A stretch of 64,000 nt of DNA from Octopus sinensis (taxonomy: Eukaryota): positions 40,374,464 to 40,438,463 of the forward strand of contig NC_043011.1 of the NCBI RefSeq assembly GCF_006345805.1, in the 5' to 3' direction. Numbering within the stretch: position 1 is the stretch's first letter; every line of letters begins with the position of its first letter. Below, piece by piece: positions 1-13,211 of this stretch. The translations under genes were made by a program, and so were the position numbers. The notes beneath the pieces are model-generated. The model did not search any database. It had not been told where the DNA came from and was given only the letters and a program-made list of their open reading frames with translations.

Positions 1-261
1 ATTTGACTGTCACAGTTTGGTGACATAGGCCAACAAGTAAGCATCTATGTTGTTGATCAGCCTTTTAGAAATAGCAGCCCAATCTCCCTCAGATCACCCT
101 ATTGTATTAATAAAAAGATAGACATTTTATCTACACTCAGAGAAAGTGAGAATGCAGCCTTTCATCCATTCATGCATGGGGTCCCCAAACTTAGGAGAGA
201 AAATTTCACAATGCGCAGTATTTAATTGTTGTAATTAATTGTTGAATTAAAATTAATGCAC

Positions 262-640
262 AGGCATGACTGTGGTAAAGAAATTTTGTTTCCCAACCAG
301 ATGGTTGAAGGTTCAGTCCCACTACATGGCACTTTGTGCAACTGTCTTCTTCTATGGCCTCAGGTCGACCAAAGCCTTCTGAGTGGATTTGGTAGGTAGA
401 AACTGAAAGAAGCTCATCATGTGTGTGTGTGGTTTTGTTTCTGTTTCCTAACTGCCACTTGACAGCTGATGATTGTATGTGTAGTACATCCCTGTAACTT
501 AGCGTTTCAGCAAAAAGGACTGAGAGAATGGGCCTGGCATTAAAAAAATAAGTTCTGCGGTTAATTCATCTGTGTAAAAGTCTTCAAGGTGGTGCCCCAG
601 CTTGGCCACAGTCTAATGACTGAAACAAGTAAAAGATAAA
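262..640 (+). mobile_element. tRNA-headed SINE family A, diverged copy
   Basis: Head ...ggttcagtcccact, body gaccaaagcctt..gagtggatttggtag..gaaactgaaagaag, internal (GT)n, tail gccccagc..ggccacagtc..gactgaaacaagtaaaaga. Confidence 0.85.
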
Positions 641-1459
641 GGCAATGGGTTAACTTTGAACATGCCTTCATTCAAAGAAGGTATGTTGTATGTGTGTATT
701 CTTGCATATGGATACATGTTTGCTTTGCAATCACGCTAAAGTTTGCAGATGTAAACTCTATGTGGTCACTAAAACCACTAGAAATGGCAGCCAAATCTCC
801 CTTATAATACACCCTATCATCTTTAGAAAAAAAAAAGAAAGGACATTCAATAATATTTTGGATTAGGGACTACACATTTATGACACTTGTCAGCTGTGAT
901 GTGCTGCAGGCTTTTAAGGGTTGTACAAGAGGCTTTGCTAAAAAAAAAATATCCCCAAAATATTATAAAAGAGCTTATGTATAAACATTTACTAAGACCT
1001 AAATTTTATATGTATGACATTACAATAACAGCATTATTAGAGAATGGTTGGTCATGGTTGGAATGCATTGAGTATAGGCCTCCTTGATCAGTCATCTGCT
1101 GGCTAAAACAATAACACTCAAGTAGATTTGATAGAAGGAAACTATGTGGAAGCCAGTTTATAATTGTGTGTGCTTCTGTTTGTTTCCTCTCCGACCTTTT
1201 GAAATCCGGTGTAGGTTTGTTTATGTCTCCGTAACTCAGCAGTTTGGCAAAAGAGATTGATAGAATAAGCACCTAACTTAGAAAACAAAATACTGTTCGA
1301 CTTAAAAAAAAAAAGCTCTTTCAAGGCATTGCCCCAGCATGGCCATAGCTGAATGGCATACTAGTAAAAAAAAAAAAAAAGTATCATTAATTCAGGAGTC
1401 GTAAAACAATTCCCTTTGTCTCTCAACCTCTTTCACTCGTCTGAATGGATTCTGGGTTA

Positions 1460-1504
1460 TCACACTGGTAAACTAATGTCTCCTGTCATCACTTGCTCAC
1501 TCGC
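1460..1504 (-). CDS. Duplicate copy of the putative terminal exon (ASEQVMTGDISLPV*)
   Basis: Identical to 2726-2770, inside the other unit of the tandem duplication. Confidence 0.35.
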   Translation of the reverse strand, partial: ASEQVMTGDISLPV

Positions 1505-2725
1505 CTGTTGGTGCAAATAATGTGGTATCATTATTTATTTATTTTTACATGTATTTCGTGATATGTGATTATATTCAGAGGTTTATATTCTGCTATGCTT
1601 TATCCTTTTTCATGTTGAGAAATGTCAATATTCTCAGTATTATTTCAATATTTTGGTGTCCTGTCGTGTGAAGTGTGTATGTATGTGTGTGTGTGGTTTT
1701 GTTTCTGTTTCCTAACTGCCACTTGACAGCTGATGATTGTATGTGTAGTACATCCCTGTAACTTAGCGTTTCAGCAAAAAGGACTGAGAGAATGGGCCTG
1801 GCATTAAAAAAATAAGTTCTGCGGTTAATTCATCTGTGTAAAAGTCTTCAAGGTGGTGCCCCAGCTTGGCCACAGTCTAATGACTGAAACAAGTAAAAGA
1901 TAAAGGCAATGGGTTAACTTTGAACATGCCTTCATTCAAAGAAGGTATGTTGTATGTGTGTATTCTTGCATATGGATACATGTTTGCTTTGCAATCACAC
2001 TAAAGTTTGCAGATGTAAACCTCTATGTGGTCACTAAAACCACTAGAAATGGCAGCCAAATCTCCCTTATAATACACCCTATCATCTTTAGAAAAAAAAA
2101 GAAAGGACATTCAATAATGTTATTTTGGATTAGGGACTACACATTTATGACACTTGTCAGCTGTGATGTGCTGCAGGCTTTTAAGGGTTGTACAAGAGGC
2201 TTTGCTAAAAAAAAAATATCCCCAAAATATTATAAAAGAGCTTATGTATAAACATTTACTAAGACCTAAATTTTATATGTATGACATTACAATAACAGCA
2301 TTATTAGAGAATGGTTGGTCATGGTTGGAATGCATTGAGTATAGGCCTCCTTGATCAGTCATCTGCTGGCTAAAACAATAACACTCAAGTAGATTTGATA
2401 GAAGGAAACTATGTGGAAGCCAGTTTATAATTGTGTGTGCTTCTGTTTGTTTCCTCTCGACCTTTTGAAATCCGGTGTAGGTTTGTTTATGTCTCTGTAA
2501 CTCAGCAGTTTGGCAAAAGAGATTGATAGAATAAGCACCTAACTTAGAAAACAAAATACTGTTCGACTTAAAAAAAAAAAGCTCTTTCAAGGCATTGCCC
2601 CAGCATGGCCATAGCTGAATGGCATACTAGTAAAAAAAAAAAAAAAGTATCATTAATTCAGGAGTCGTAAAACAATTCCCTTTGTCTCTCAACCTCTTTC
2701 ACTCTTCTGAATGGATTCTGGGTTA

Positions 2726-2770
2726 TCACACTGGTAAACTAATGTCTCCTGTCATCACTTGCTCACTCGC
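2726..2770 (-). CDS. Putative terminal coding exon (ASEQVMTGDISLPV*)
   Basis: Acceptor atttgcaccaacAG; phase 0 matches the end of the 4865 exon; 45 nt ending in TGA. Confidence 0.5.
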   Translation of the reverse strand, partial: ASEQVMTGDISLPV

Positions 2771-2950
2771 CTGTTGGTGCAAATAATGTGGTATCATTAT
2801 TTATTTATTTTTACATGTATTTCGTGATATGTGATTATATTCAGAAGTTTATATTCTGCTATGCTTTATCCTTTTTCATGTTGAGAAATGTCAATATTCT
2901 CAGTATTATTTCAATATTTTGGGTGTCCTGTCGTGTGAAGTGTGTATGTA

Positions 2951-2985
<35 letters not shown>

Positions 2986-4864
2986 GTATGTATAAAATCA
3001 TTGCGTATCTTTCATAATCTTGTTATTCTCCACTGATATGTTTTAAATTCTGCACACATCCATGTGGGAGAAAGCATGTGGCTTAATGGTTTGGGTACCC
3101 AGCTCCCAATTGTACGGTCATGAGCTTGATATCTGGCAGCATGTGTCCTTGAGCAAGGCGCTTTCTTTTTCTCCGTTACTCCAGTCCCACACAGCTGGCA
3201 GTAATGAGTTGTACCTGTAGTCTTGTCATCTTGATTGTCAAGCTGAAGATCCCCGAGAACCACACTGATGGTATGCATGTCTGTGGAGTGCTCAACCACA
3301 TACATGTTAATTTCACAAGCAGGCTGCTCTGTTGATCAGATCACCTGAAACCTTGGTTGTCATAACTAATTGAGTGCCAGAAAGAAGGATGTATAGACAC
3401 AGACATGGCTTCATGATTAAGAAGTTCACTTCCCAACTGCATGGTTTCAGGTTCATTCTCATGCACAACACCCTGGGCAAGAATCCTCGACTATGGCCCC
3501 AGGTCAACGAAGCTTTGTGAGTAGATTTCGTAGATGATGGAAACTAAAAAAAGCCTGTCGTGTTTGTGTTTGCATTTGTGCTCTATGAAAGTCACTTGCT
3601 ACAAGCGGACGTTTTGTCATTGTCAAAACTAGCATCAGTTTGCTTCACAGCTGTGAAGATGTATGAAATGGGAGATCCCTTACTTGAAAAACATGCTACG
3701 GTTGGTAACCAGAAGGGCATCCAGTTACAAAACAATACCTTAATAAGATAGACATAATAAACTGATGTAAAATGAATAAAGGTTACATAATTATCATTTA
3801 ATGTCTGTTTTCCATGCTGGCACTGGTTGGGCAGTTTGACAGGAACTGGCAAGCCTGGAGAGCTGCTCTAGGCTCCAATTGTCTGTTTTGGCAAGGTTTC
3901 TATGACCAGATGCCCTTAACACCAACCACTTCAGGGTGTAATGAGTGCTTTTTATGTGAACTGATATCCTGGTGAATGGGGAATGTTGAGTTACCCACAC
4001 AGCCTGTCGGGTATCACCATTTGAAAGCTACTACAATAATACATGGTTACACATTGTGACAGTGGCATATAACAATACCTGATAGTCTGGTTGATACAGT
4101 GAAATGTGTGTGTCTGTGTGTATATATATATATTTATAAAATTTTACTGGCATTGGCTGACAGAATCATTTATGAAGGCTGAAAAGCTGAACAAGTTGAT
4201 GGTAACTTGGGTTGGATGATGAAGACAAAACTTCAAATATTGATCTGTCTGTCCACTTTTGCCTATTGGTTCCTATTTCATTTTTAGTAACTAACTGTCT
4301 GTCTGTCTGTGTGTTTGTATATATAATACATACATATATATTCACACACATATACCTCTCACTCCCCCCACACCCTGCTTTCTCGGTGTGTGTGTGTGTT
4401 TGTGTGTGTGCACATACGTATATGTATGAAAAGGAGACAAGTTATCAATTTCATAACGAACAGTTTTTGACAAAACGAAACAAAAAAAATGAGCAAAACC
4501 ATTTAATAAATATAAATGAAGTATAAAATAATAGTAATAATAATAATCATAATAATGGACAGTGGGTTTTTTTTTGGTTTTTTTTTTAATTATTTAACAC
4601 AAAGAGACAACCTTTTGAATATATTTTTCACTGTCTTTCTCTCATGCCACCCTATCCTCTCCCAGCCATTCCATTTTAACAACTACAACAGCAGCAGCAA
4701 CAACAACCCCACACCCCTATCAAAAAGGAAAAAAAAAAATGTTTGGAAATCCCTACAACCTTGTCTATGTATGTATGTATGTATGTATATGTGTATATTT
4801 ACATATGTGTGTGTATGTATGTAAGAGTGTATGTATGTATGTATGTTTCTCTCTGTCATTTTAC

Positions 4865-4928
4865 CATAGTCAGAACTGCTCCATATTTGACAATGTATTC
4901 TTGCAATGATGTCACCAACCATTCTTTC
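4865..4928 (-). CDS. Internal coding exon (KEWLVTSLQEYIVKYGAVLTM)
   Basis: Strong pyrimidine-rich acceptor ttttttttgtttctttcAG and donor ATG|GTAAAA. 64 nt = 1 + 21 codons, in phase with both neighbouring exons. Confidence 0.62.
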
Positions 4929-5399
4929 CTGAAAGAAACAAAAAAAAAGAATTAAAAAGAAAAAAGAAACAAAATACAACCTTTGTTACTGCTGCAAAGA
5001 ATTGCTGCTAAATTCTATGGTTTATTGTTTGTGTGTTTGTGGTTGTTGTTGTTGTTATTATTATTATTAATATTATTATTAATATTAATTTTTTTTTTCC
5101 TTTCAAATAATAATTGTAACTTTTTATTTGTTTCTATTTTTGTTTTTGTTTTTTGTTTTATTTTATAATTATTTTTCAAATTTTTTGGCAGCAACGTAAT
5201 ATTAATAATAATAATAAAATTTGCCAGATGTTGATTCCAAAAAAAAAAAAATCTTTGGAAAATTTCTTAGTTCTTGGAATTCTCTTTCCCATGCGTTATA
5301 TTCTCCTTCTTTCACTCTCTCCTTCCCCCCTCTCTTTTGCATGCACACATTTATATACATGCTTTCTCTCTCTCTTTTCTTTTTCTCCTTCATGCAGAT

Positions 5400-5870
5400 C
5401 AGTGGTTCTCAACTGGTGTGTGTATGACCCCTGAGGGTCTATATAAGATGTGGGGGCGGGGTTTGTGCAACGAAATGGTAAATTTGGGATCCTGAAAAAA
5501 AATCTTGCTCTAGATATATGTATTACAAGAAACAGCTTGGCTCCTTTCTCTAACATTTTGCACAGTTCAACTGACATAAGTTGACGTCATCATCATCATC
5601 ATCATCATCGTTTAACATCCGTTTTCCATGCTAGCATGGATTGGACTGTTTGACTGAGGTTTGGAGAGCTAGCGGCTGCACCAGGCTCCAATCTGATCTG
5701 GCAGTGTTTCTACAGCTGAATGCCCTTCTTAACGCCAGAGAATTAAAATAGGAATTTTGAAAAAAATTTCTGGAAAACTAGTTTTTAAAGATCGAATGGC
5801 GAAGGGGTCCACCAGAATAAAATAGTAATCAAATGAGTCTATGGATACAAAAAATGGTTGAGAACCCCTG
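5400..5870 (+). mobile_element. hAT-like non-autonomous element (MITE)
   Basis: TIRs CAGTGGTTCTCAAC / GTTGAGAACCCCTG; flanking 8-mers atgcagat / atatagat (6/8, decayed TSD). Same family as 29223-29997 in opposite orientation. Confidence 0.8.
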
Positions 5871-6369
5871 ATATAGATAATGAGTAGTTAAAGCTAAGCT
5901 AAGCCATACCATAGTACTAATCATGACCCTGATTGTTTAATGTCCTTGTTCCATTCTAGCGTGGGTTGGATAGATTGTCCATACCCAAAGCCTGCATTGT
6001 GCTCCAGTTGTCTGTTTTAGCATAGTTGGGTGACCTTTCTAACACCAACCACTTTGCAGTATGTATTGAGTACTCTTTTTCATGCCACCAGCACCACTGA
6101 AGGTCACCATGCAATTTGCAAGACTATGAACCCTTGAAGGATGCAGCTTTATACTAAGAGATGAAGAGTAGAGAAGGGTAAAGTATGAGAGGAAAGGGCC
6201 AGAGCAGAACAGGTTCCTTGCTGTAGAGGAGGTGCACAACTACTTGCATTTTAGAAGAGAGAGTGTTTGGGGTGATTAGGTGGAGCTGGAAATTAATAAA
6301 AATGGGGTGTACAGATATTTAAAAAGAAAAAGAAGTGGGCAGGGGATCAGATTTGACAAAATACAGGTA

Positions 6370-6712
6370 CAGGCAGGGCTGTGTGGTAAGAAGTTTGGTT
6401 CTGGGTTCATTCCCACTGTATAGCACTTTGGGGCAAGTGTCTACTATAGCTTCAAGCTGACCAAAGCCTTGTTAGTGGATTTGGTAGATTGAACCTGAAA
6501 GACGTCCATTGTATTTGTGTTTGATTCCAGCACCACTTGACAACTTGTGTTGTTTTAATGGCCCTAAAACTTAGCAGTTCAACAAAAGAGAATGATAGGA
6601 TAAGTACAATGCTTTTAAAAAATAATTATTGGGGTTGATTCATTCACCTAAAATCATTGAAAGTGGTGCCCCAGCATGGCTACAGTCCCACGATTGAAAC
6701 AAGTGAAAAATA
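6370..6712 (+). mobile_element. SINE family A, diverged copy
   Basis: Same head, body and tail motifs as the other family A copies. Confidence 0.8.
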
Positions 6713-7489
6713 AGCAACAGAAATATAATGCTGTCACAGAATCCATTATTTCCTTAGAAATAGTGACCAATTTCTTACATCACAAATGAAGGTCAATGTC
6801 ATCAAGAATCATTTAACTGAAATATAGATTTGATTGAGTTTGTATGCCATGGAGAGACAAAAGGTTTTAAGTGAAGAGGTCCCTTGCCAGAGAGACAAAT
6901 ATTCTTGGTGCTTCTTTAGACATTAAAATAAGTACCCTTTCTCCAAAAATCTTTAACTGTAAATGTCCAGGTTTTATATTCATCCACTATATACGAACTT
7001 ATCCTAATTTATAATATATATACATATATATATATATTAGTGCAAACAGGAAAAATAAAACTCAAAATATGAGTATATGTATATTTTTATTATATTAAGG
7101 GCATTACTACATGTAAATGCCTCACACTATAAGGGACTTTTAAAGTAAATACTACCTTAATAAATATACAGCGTACCGACAGCGAGGGAATGCAGCTTGG
7201 AAGTCATCTCTTAAAAACAGATTCAGCCACAAATCATATGATTTCATAGAGTACATGATCTACTTTCTAATCGTCAGTGCAGGCATTATCAGAGCACATG
7301 AAAATGAACAAAATTCACAAACCAGACGAACACCAAATGTATCCAACAAAGCACATGGATATTTTCACACTGACTACTTGATAAATTCTTATATAGATTT
7401 TCTCCTTATTTTTAATTATGTACATTTTTATTAATATTTAGCAGAAGCAACAGAGTGACTCTAGGTCTGAGAGTTTTGAGTGTTGGCAA

Positions 7490-7838
7490 TGCGCAGGAGT
7501 GGCTATGTGGTAAGAAGCTGCTTCCTACTGACATGGTTCTGGGTTCAGTCCCACTGCATGGCACCTTGGGCAAGCGTCTTCTACTACAGCCTCGGGCTGA
7601 CCAAAGCCTTGTGAGTTGATTTGGTAGATGGAAACTGAAAGAAGCCCAGCGTATATATGTATATATATGTGTGTGTGTTTGTCCCCCACTCCATCACTTG
7701 ACAACTAATGTTGGTGTGTTTATGTCCCCTGTAACTTAGTGGCTTGGCAAAAGAGGCTGATGGAATAAGTACTAGGCTTACAAAGAATAAATCCTGGGGT
7801 CGATTTGTTCGACTAAAACCCATCGCAAGTAAAAGAGT
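7490..7838 (+). mobile_element. SINE family A
   Basis: gcgcaggagtggctatgtggtaag...ggttcagtcccactgc...gaataagtactaggcttacaaagaataa. Confidence 0.85.
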
Positions 7839-8872
7839 ATGTATGTCCAACCCATGTCAGCCTGGAAAACGAATGTTAAATGATGATAATATACACACAT
7901 CATCATTATAACGTCCACTTTTTCATGCTAGCATGGGTCAGCTGGAATTTGTTGAGGCAGATTTTCACTTGTCAGATGCCCTTTGTGTCACCCATTCTCA
8001 CCTGTTTCCAAGCCAGGTAGTATTTCTCCAAGGTCAGATATATTTTTTGTCCACATAAGATTGGAAACGAAACAACATTGAAAGCAGATAAGATTCTCGT
8101 TTATTACTATCACATGATATTAGGACAATGTATCCAGCCACACACTCAACTGGCTTCTTTCGGTTTCCTGCTACCATATCTGCTCAGAAGGCCTTGGTTG
8201 ACCTGAGGCTACAGCTGAAGACATTTGCCGAAGGTGTTCTGCAATGGGACTGAACCCAAAACCACATGGTTGGGAAGCAAGTCTCTTAACCATTCAGCCA
8301 CACCCGTGTGCATGTACAGTTGTAATATTTGCAAATAATTAAGAAATTCTGTCTTTGCATGGCTCCAGTCTGATGACTAAAACCATCGATACAACATTGT
8401 TGCTTAACCTCAGGTCAAACCTTGATTGAGCTGACTTATGATTGAAGACATTCTGCTCGGTGAAGATTTGGCTTTCATCCTTTTGGGGGGTTGATAAAAT
8501 AAGTACCAGTCAAATACTTGGGGGTTAGTATAATTGACTAGCCCCCCTCTTCCCAAAATTTCAGGCTTTGTACCTTTATTTGAAAAGATTATTTACAACA
8601 GTAAGATGTATTTTGAGGAAGATGTGCCTGCTATTTCTAGGAAGTTAAACAACCGAATAAAGACGAGATGGTGACTGGTATTGATATGACAGACGTAGAC
8701 CTAAAATACTATTTGCTGTACCGTGTTGGCACTCGGGATCTTGTTGAAGTTTGTAGAAGGGGACAGTATGCAAAATGGGCAAATGTGGATGCAGAAATAT
8801 AACACCTGGCTGGGGTTTTATTGACAGTCTTCTTTCCATGTATTCACCTTCCTCTTCCTCCTCCTCCTCCTC

Positions 8873-8907
<35 letters not shown>

Positions 8908-9199
8908 TGCCTTTTCTCTCTGATGGTGATGCTTATTTCTGAAATGCTTTCCTTCTTATTACAGAACTACCAAACAGCATTACTAAATATTACTTCACTC
9001 TTTACCTAATGATAATTTGGATAATAATGATTCTAAATTTTGGCACAAGGCCAGTAATTTCAGGCGGAGGGGAACAAGTTGGTTACTTCAACTCCTGTAT
9101 GTAACCAGTACTTTATTTATCGACCCCAAAAAAGACGAAAGCAAAGTCAACCTTGGCAGACAAAACATTACTACTAACAACTCTGCCAGCTTACCCCTG

Positions 9200-10860
9200 T
9201 AAATAATAGCAATAATCCTTTTTTATTATAGACACAAGGCCTGAAATTTTGGGGTGTGGCTGGTCCATTACATTGACCCCAGTTTTCAACCCTGAAATGA
9301 TAAAAGGCAGAGTTGATCTTGATGGAACTTTGGACTCGGAATATGAAAATGGGCAAAATGCCACGAAACAATTTTTCAGGTGTACTACTTATTCTGCCAG
9401 CTCTCTGCTTTTTATATTTCAATGTTTTGCCATTATTTATGATCTTCAAGGCAATGAGCTGGTGGAATCATTAGCATGCTGGACAAAATGCTTAGCGGTA
9501 TTTCGCCTGTCGCTACATTCTGAGTTCAAATTCTGCTGAGGTTGACTTTGCCTTTCATCCTTTCAGGGTTGATAAAATAAGCACCAGTTGACCATTGGAG
9601 TCACTGTAATCAACTCATCGCCACCTTCACCAAGCTGCCTTTGTGGCAAAAATTTGAAATAATTATTTATGTCTAATTGTTCTCGCGATAATTACTATTA
9701 TTGTCATTATTTAGGGAAAGGGTTACTCTCTTTACTCTTTTACTCTTCTACTTGTTTCAGTTATTTGACTGGCGGCTATCCAGGACCACCGCCTTTTAGT
9801 CGAGCAAATCAACCCCAGGGCTTATTCTTTGTAAGCCTAGTACTTATTCTATTGGTCTCTTTTGCCGAACCACTAAGTTACGGGAATGTAAACACACCAG
9901 CATCGGTTGTCAAGCAATGTTGGGGGGACAAACATATGCACACACATATATATATATACGACGGGCTTCTTTCAGTTTCCGTCTACTATATCCATTCACA
10001 AGGCTTTGGTCGTTCCAAGGCTATAGTAGAAGACATTTGCCCGAAGTGCCATGCAGTAGGACTGAACTCAAAACCATGTGGTTGGTAAGCAAGCTACTTA
10101 CCACACAGCCACTCCTGCGCCAATACTATCAATACAAGTATTTGACAAGTACTTTGTTTTATTGACCACTGAAAGAACAAAAGGCAAAAATTTCAACCCC
10201 AAATGAGAAGAATCAGAAGAAATACTTGAAGATATTTTGCTAGGAATTCTAACAATTCAGCAAGCTCATTAAAGAGAGGGGAACAGTTAATTATATCAAC
10301 CCCAGTACATGACTGGTAGTTTATTTAATCAACCCCTGAAAATATTAAAGGTAATGTTGATCTCAGCAGAATTTAGTCATGTTTTGTAAAATAATAGCAA
10401 TAATCCCTTTTATTTTAGGCACAAGGCCTGAAATTTTGGGGTGTGTCTAGTCCATTACATTGACCCCAATTTTCAACTGGTACTTATTTCATCAACCCTG
10501 AAATGACGAAAGGCAGAGTTGATCTTGGCAGAATTTTAACTCGGAACATGAAGATGGACAAAATGCCACTACACATTTTGTCAGGTGTACTAATTATTCT
10601 GCCAGCTCTCTGCTCTTTATATTTCAATGTTTTGCCATTATTTATAATCTTCAAGGCGAGCTGGCAGAATTGCTAGGATGCTGGATGAAATGCTTAGCGG
10701 TATTTCACCTGTCCCTACATTCTGAATTCAAATTCCTTTGAGGTCGACTTTGCCTTTCATCCTTTCGGGGTCGATAAAATAAGTAACAGTTGAATACTGG
10801 GGTCACTGTAATCGACTCATCCTCACCTCCCCCACGCTGCCCTTGTGGCAAAAAGTTTAG
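9200..10860. repeat. Older local duplication (9200-9660 and 10388-10860), each unit carrying a head-to-head pair of family B SINEs
   Basis: Shared non-SINE junctions aaataatagcaataatcc and ctctctgct..ttatatttcaatgttttgccattatttat.atcttcaaggc in both units. Confidence 0.8.
9724..10121 (-). mobile_element. SINE family A, full length
   Basis: Reverse complement of the family A consensus, with a (GAGTAAAA)n-like tail at 9724-9750. Confidence 0.9.
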
Positions 10861-11519
10861 AAGGATAGACTCATTTGTATTTCTCTAAAGTTCAACTAAT
10901 ACCAGTTTCATAAATTAAGTAGCTGTTATGTATTTGAGTTGATGCATTTTGTTGTATATCTTTCTTTTACAAAACATGACTAAATCCTGCCGATATTTTA
11001 TATATATATAACTATATATATAATATATATATATATATATATCTATATATATATATATATAACTATATATCTCTCTATATATATATATAACTATATATAT
11101 ATATATAACTATATGTATCTATATATATATATAACTATATATATATATATATATGTATCTATATATATATATATAACTATATATATATAACTATATGTAT
11201 CTATATGTATCTTCACTCAGCTGTAGAAATGAGTTGCGACGTCACAGGTGCCAAGCTGTATCGACCTTTGTCTTTCCCTTGGATAACACTGGTGGCGTGG
11301 AGAGGGGAGGCCGGTATGCATGGGCGACTACTGGTCTTCCATAAAACAGCCTTGCCCAGACTTGTGCCTCAGAGGGTAACTCTCTAGGTGCAAACCCATG
11401 GTCACTCATGACCGAAGGGGGTCTTTATCTATATATATATATAACTATATATATGTATCTATATATATAACTATATATATCTATATATATATATGTATCT
11501 ATATATATATATAATTAAA

Positions 11520-12031
11520 TAACAAGGGTAGAAATTGGTATTAATCAATTTAAACCAGTGGCTTAGCATATTTAAAAATCCGAAGATTAAAAATTGTGTT
11601 ACACACAAAATTAAGTGGAATGACCACTAAAGTGGACACCCTATATGCTAAACATAGACGTCAAATCACCATTACCACGAAGAGTGTGTCCTCAAGAAAA
11701 AAATCTCAGCAAAACACCAAAATGTGAAAATGAGCAAGACAAATGAAAATATACGAAATAAAAAATTATTACCTACGTACCAATTGATTTCACTTGTTAA
11801 TTATCTACATATGCAAACATGCAGATATCTGTAAGATCGTCCTTGTAGTCTGTCGTTTACAAAATACAGAACTTTATACATGCTCAATTTCGTTCTGTAT
11901 CTAGTTCTGGAAGTTGTGTTTTGTAAGCGACAGACTACACTGACGATCCTGCAGATATCTGCATGTTTGGATACGTAGATATTAACGAGTGAAACCAATG
12001 GTACCTAGGTAATCGTTTTTTATATCGTATA
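11520..12031. mobile_element. Penelope-like terminal-repeat remnant with ~120-bp foldback (arms 11750-11875 and 11911-12031), set in (TA)n
   Basis: The arms are reverse complements (tatacgaaataaaaaattattacctacgtaccaattgatttcac... vs ...gtgaaaccaatggtacctaggtaatcgttttttatatcgtata) and carry a hammerhead-like core. Confidence 0.6.
11934..12010 (+). ncRNA. Type-I hammerhead ribozyme-like motif with enlarged helix II
   Basis: CUACA-CUGACGA-(~44 nt including the GCAGAUAUCUGC palindrome)-GAAA-CCAAUG-GUA-CCUAG. The inverted copy reads ...CAAUUGGUA-CGUAG, restoring most of helix I. Confidence 0.45.
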
Positions 12032-12228
12032 CACAAACACACACACTAGCATAGCTAGAGCATGTGTGTGTGTGTATATATATATACATATATATATACA
12101 CACACTAGCATAGCTAGAGTGTGTGTGTGTATATATATATATATACACGCACACTAGAGTGTATGCCACCCAGGGTGGCCTTTCTGTTTGCCTACCCTGG
12201 ACCCCTCAAATGATACAAAAGTGCTGCA

Positions 12229-12794
12229 TTAGGTTGTCTGGAAAGTTCGTGCTGATTTTTAAAGGAAAGAAAAAGCTCAATAAATACTTGCTATTACATT
12301 TTTCATCAACCAAATATGAGCCGTTTTGTTGCACAATGCGCCTCCATCTTTCCTTTAACTTGAAAATACCCTCTTCCCAGAATTGAAGTGGTTTCATGGC
12401 AAAGAATTCATCCAGGTATCTTTTTACATTATCCAAGGAATTGAAATTTTTACCATTAAGACTATTCTGCAGAGACCTGAATAAGTGGAAATCCGAAGGA
12501 GCAATATCTGGTGAATATGGAGGGTGGAGTAACACATCCCAGCTGAGCAGCAGCAATTTTTGTCTGGTTCCCAAAGCATCAAGTGCTGAAAATGAACTTT
12601 CTTATCTTCCATTTTAAAGGGTTACAGAATTAACACAGGTTATTGGAACATAAACCTTCTTCCACAAAAAGATAGCTTAAACTGTGCTCTAAATGGAGGT
12701 GTAGTAAAATCCTATTTTATGGACTCAACCATGTTCTAAAATAAGTCGAAAGGTAAGCTGCTATAAATCGGCATGAACTTTCCGGACAACCCAA
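12229..12794 (-). mobile_element. Internally deleted mariner (DD34D-type) element
   Basis: TIRs ttaggttgtctggaaagttcgtgc / gcatgaactttccggacaacccaa. Transposase N-terminus MEDKKVHFQHLMLW is fused to the C-terminus HPPYSPDIAPSDFHLFRSLQ...KLKERWRRIV. Confidence 0.95.
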
Positions 12795-13211
12795 TACAAT
12801 ATAAAGACATGTGGCTTAGTGATTAGAATTTGATTCCCACCAAAGAGTTGTGTCCTCGAGCAAGACACTTTATTTTGTGTTGCTGCAATCGACTCAGCTG
12901 GCAAAAATGAGCTGTACCAGTTATTGAAAAGGGTCAGCTTTGTCACCAGTTGTATCACACTAAATCTCCCTGAGAACCACATTAAGGATCTGCATGTTTG
13001 TGGAATGCTCAGCCACTTGCATGTTAACTTCATGAGCAGGCTGTTCCATTGATCAGATAAACTGGAACCCTTGTCTTTGTCTTTGTCATAACCAATGGAG
13101 TGGCAGTATGTACAAATAGATGTATGGCTATTACTGTTACAACCCATATATATCCCTGGTTGCATTTTCGTAATGCAAAACCTGCTCCTACTTGTATGAA
13201 CTTCAACTCAC

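Larger units (their letters stand above)
421..2965. repeat. Near-identical tandem duplication, unit ~1264 bp (421-1694 and 1685-2965), bounded by (GT)n
   Basis: ggttttgtttctgtttcctaactgcc at 431 and 1695. The units differ by about ten substitutions or small indels. Confidence 0.95.

Noticed and set aside
7156-7262. Possible extra minus-strand exon (IMYSMKSYDLWLNLFLRDDFQAAFPRCRYAVYLLR)
   Set aside because: Poor acceptor, weak donor (GTAGTA), and it is not needed for phase continuity.
8641-8802. Open plus-strand frame EVKQPNKDEMV...DAEI*
   Set aside because: The apparent acceptor is part of a dispersed repeat motif (gctatttctag), and there are no partner exons.
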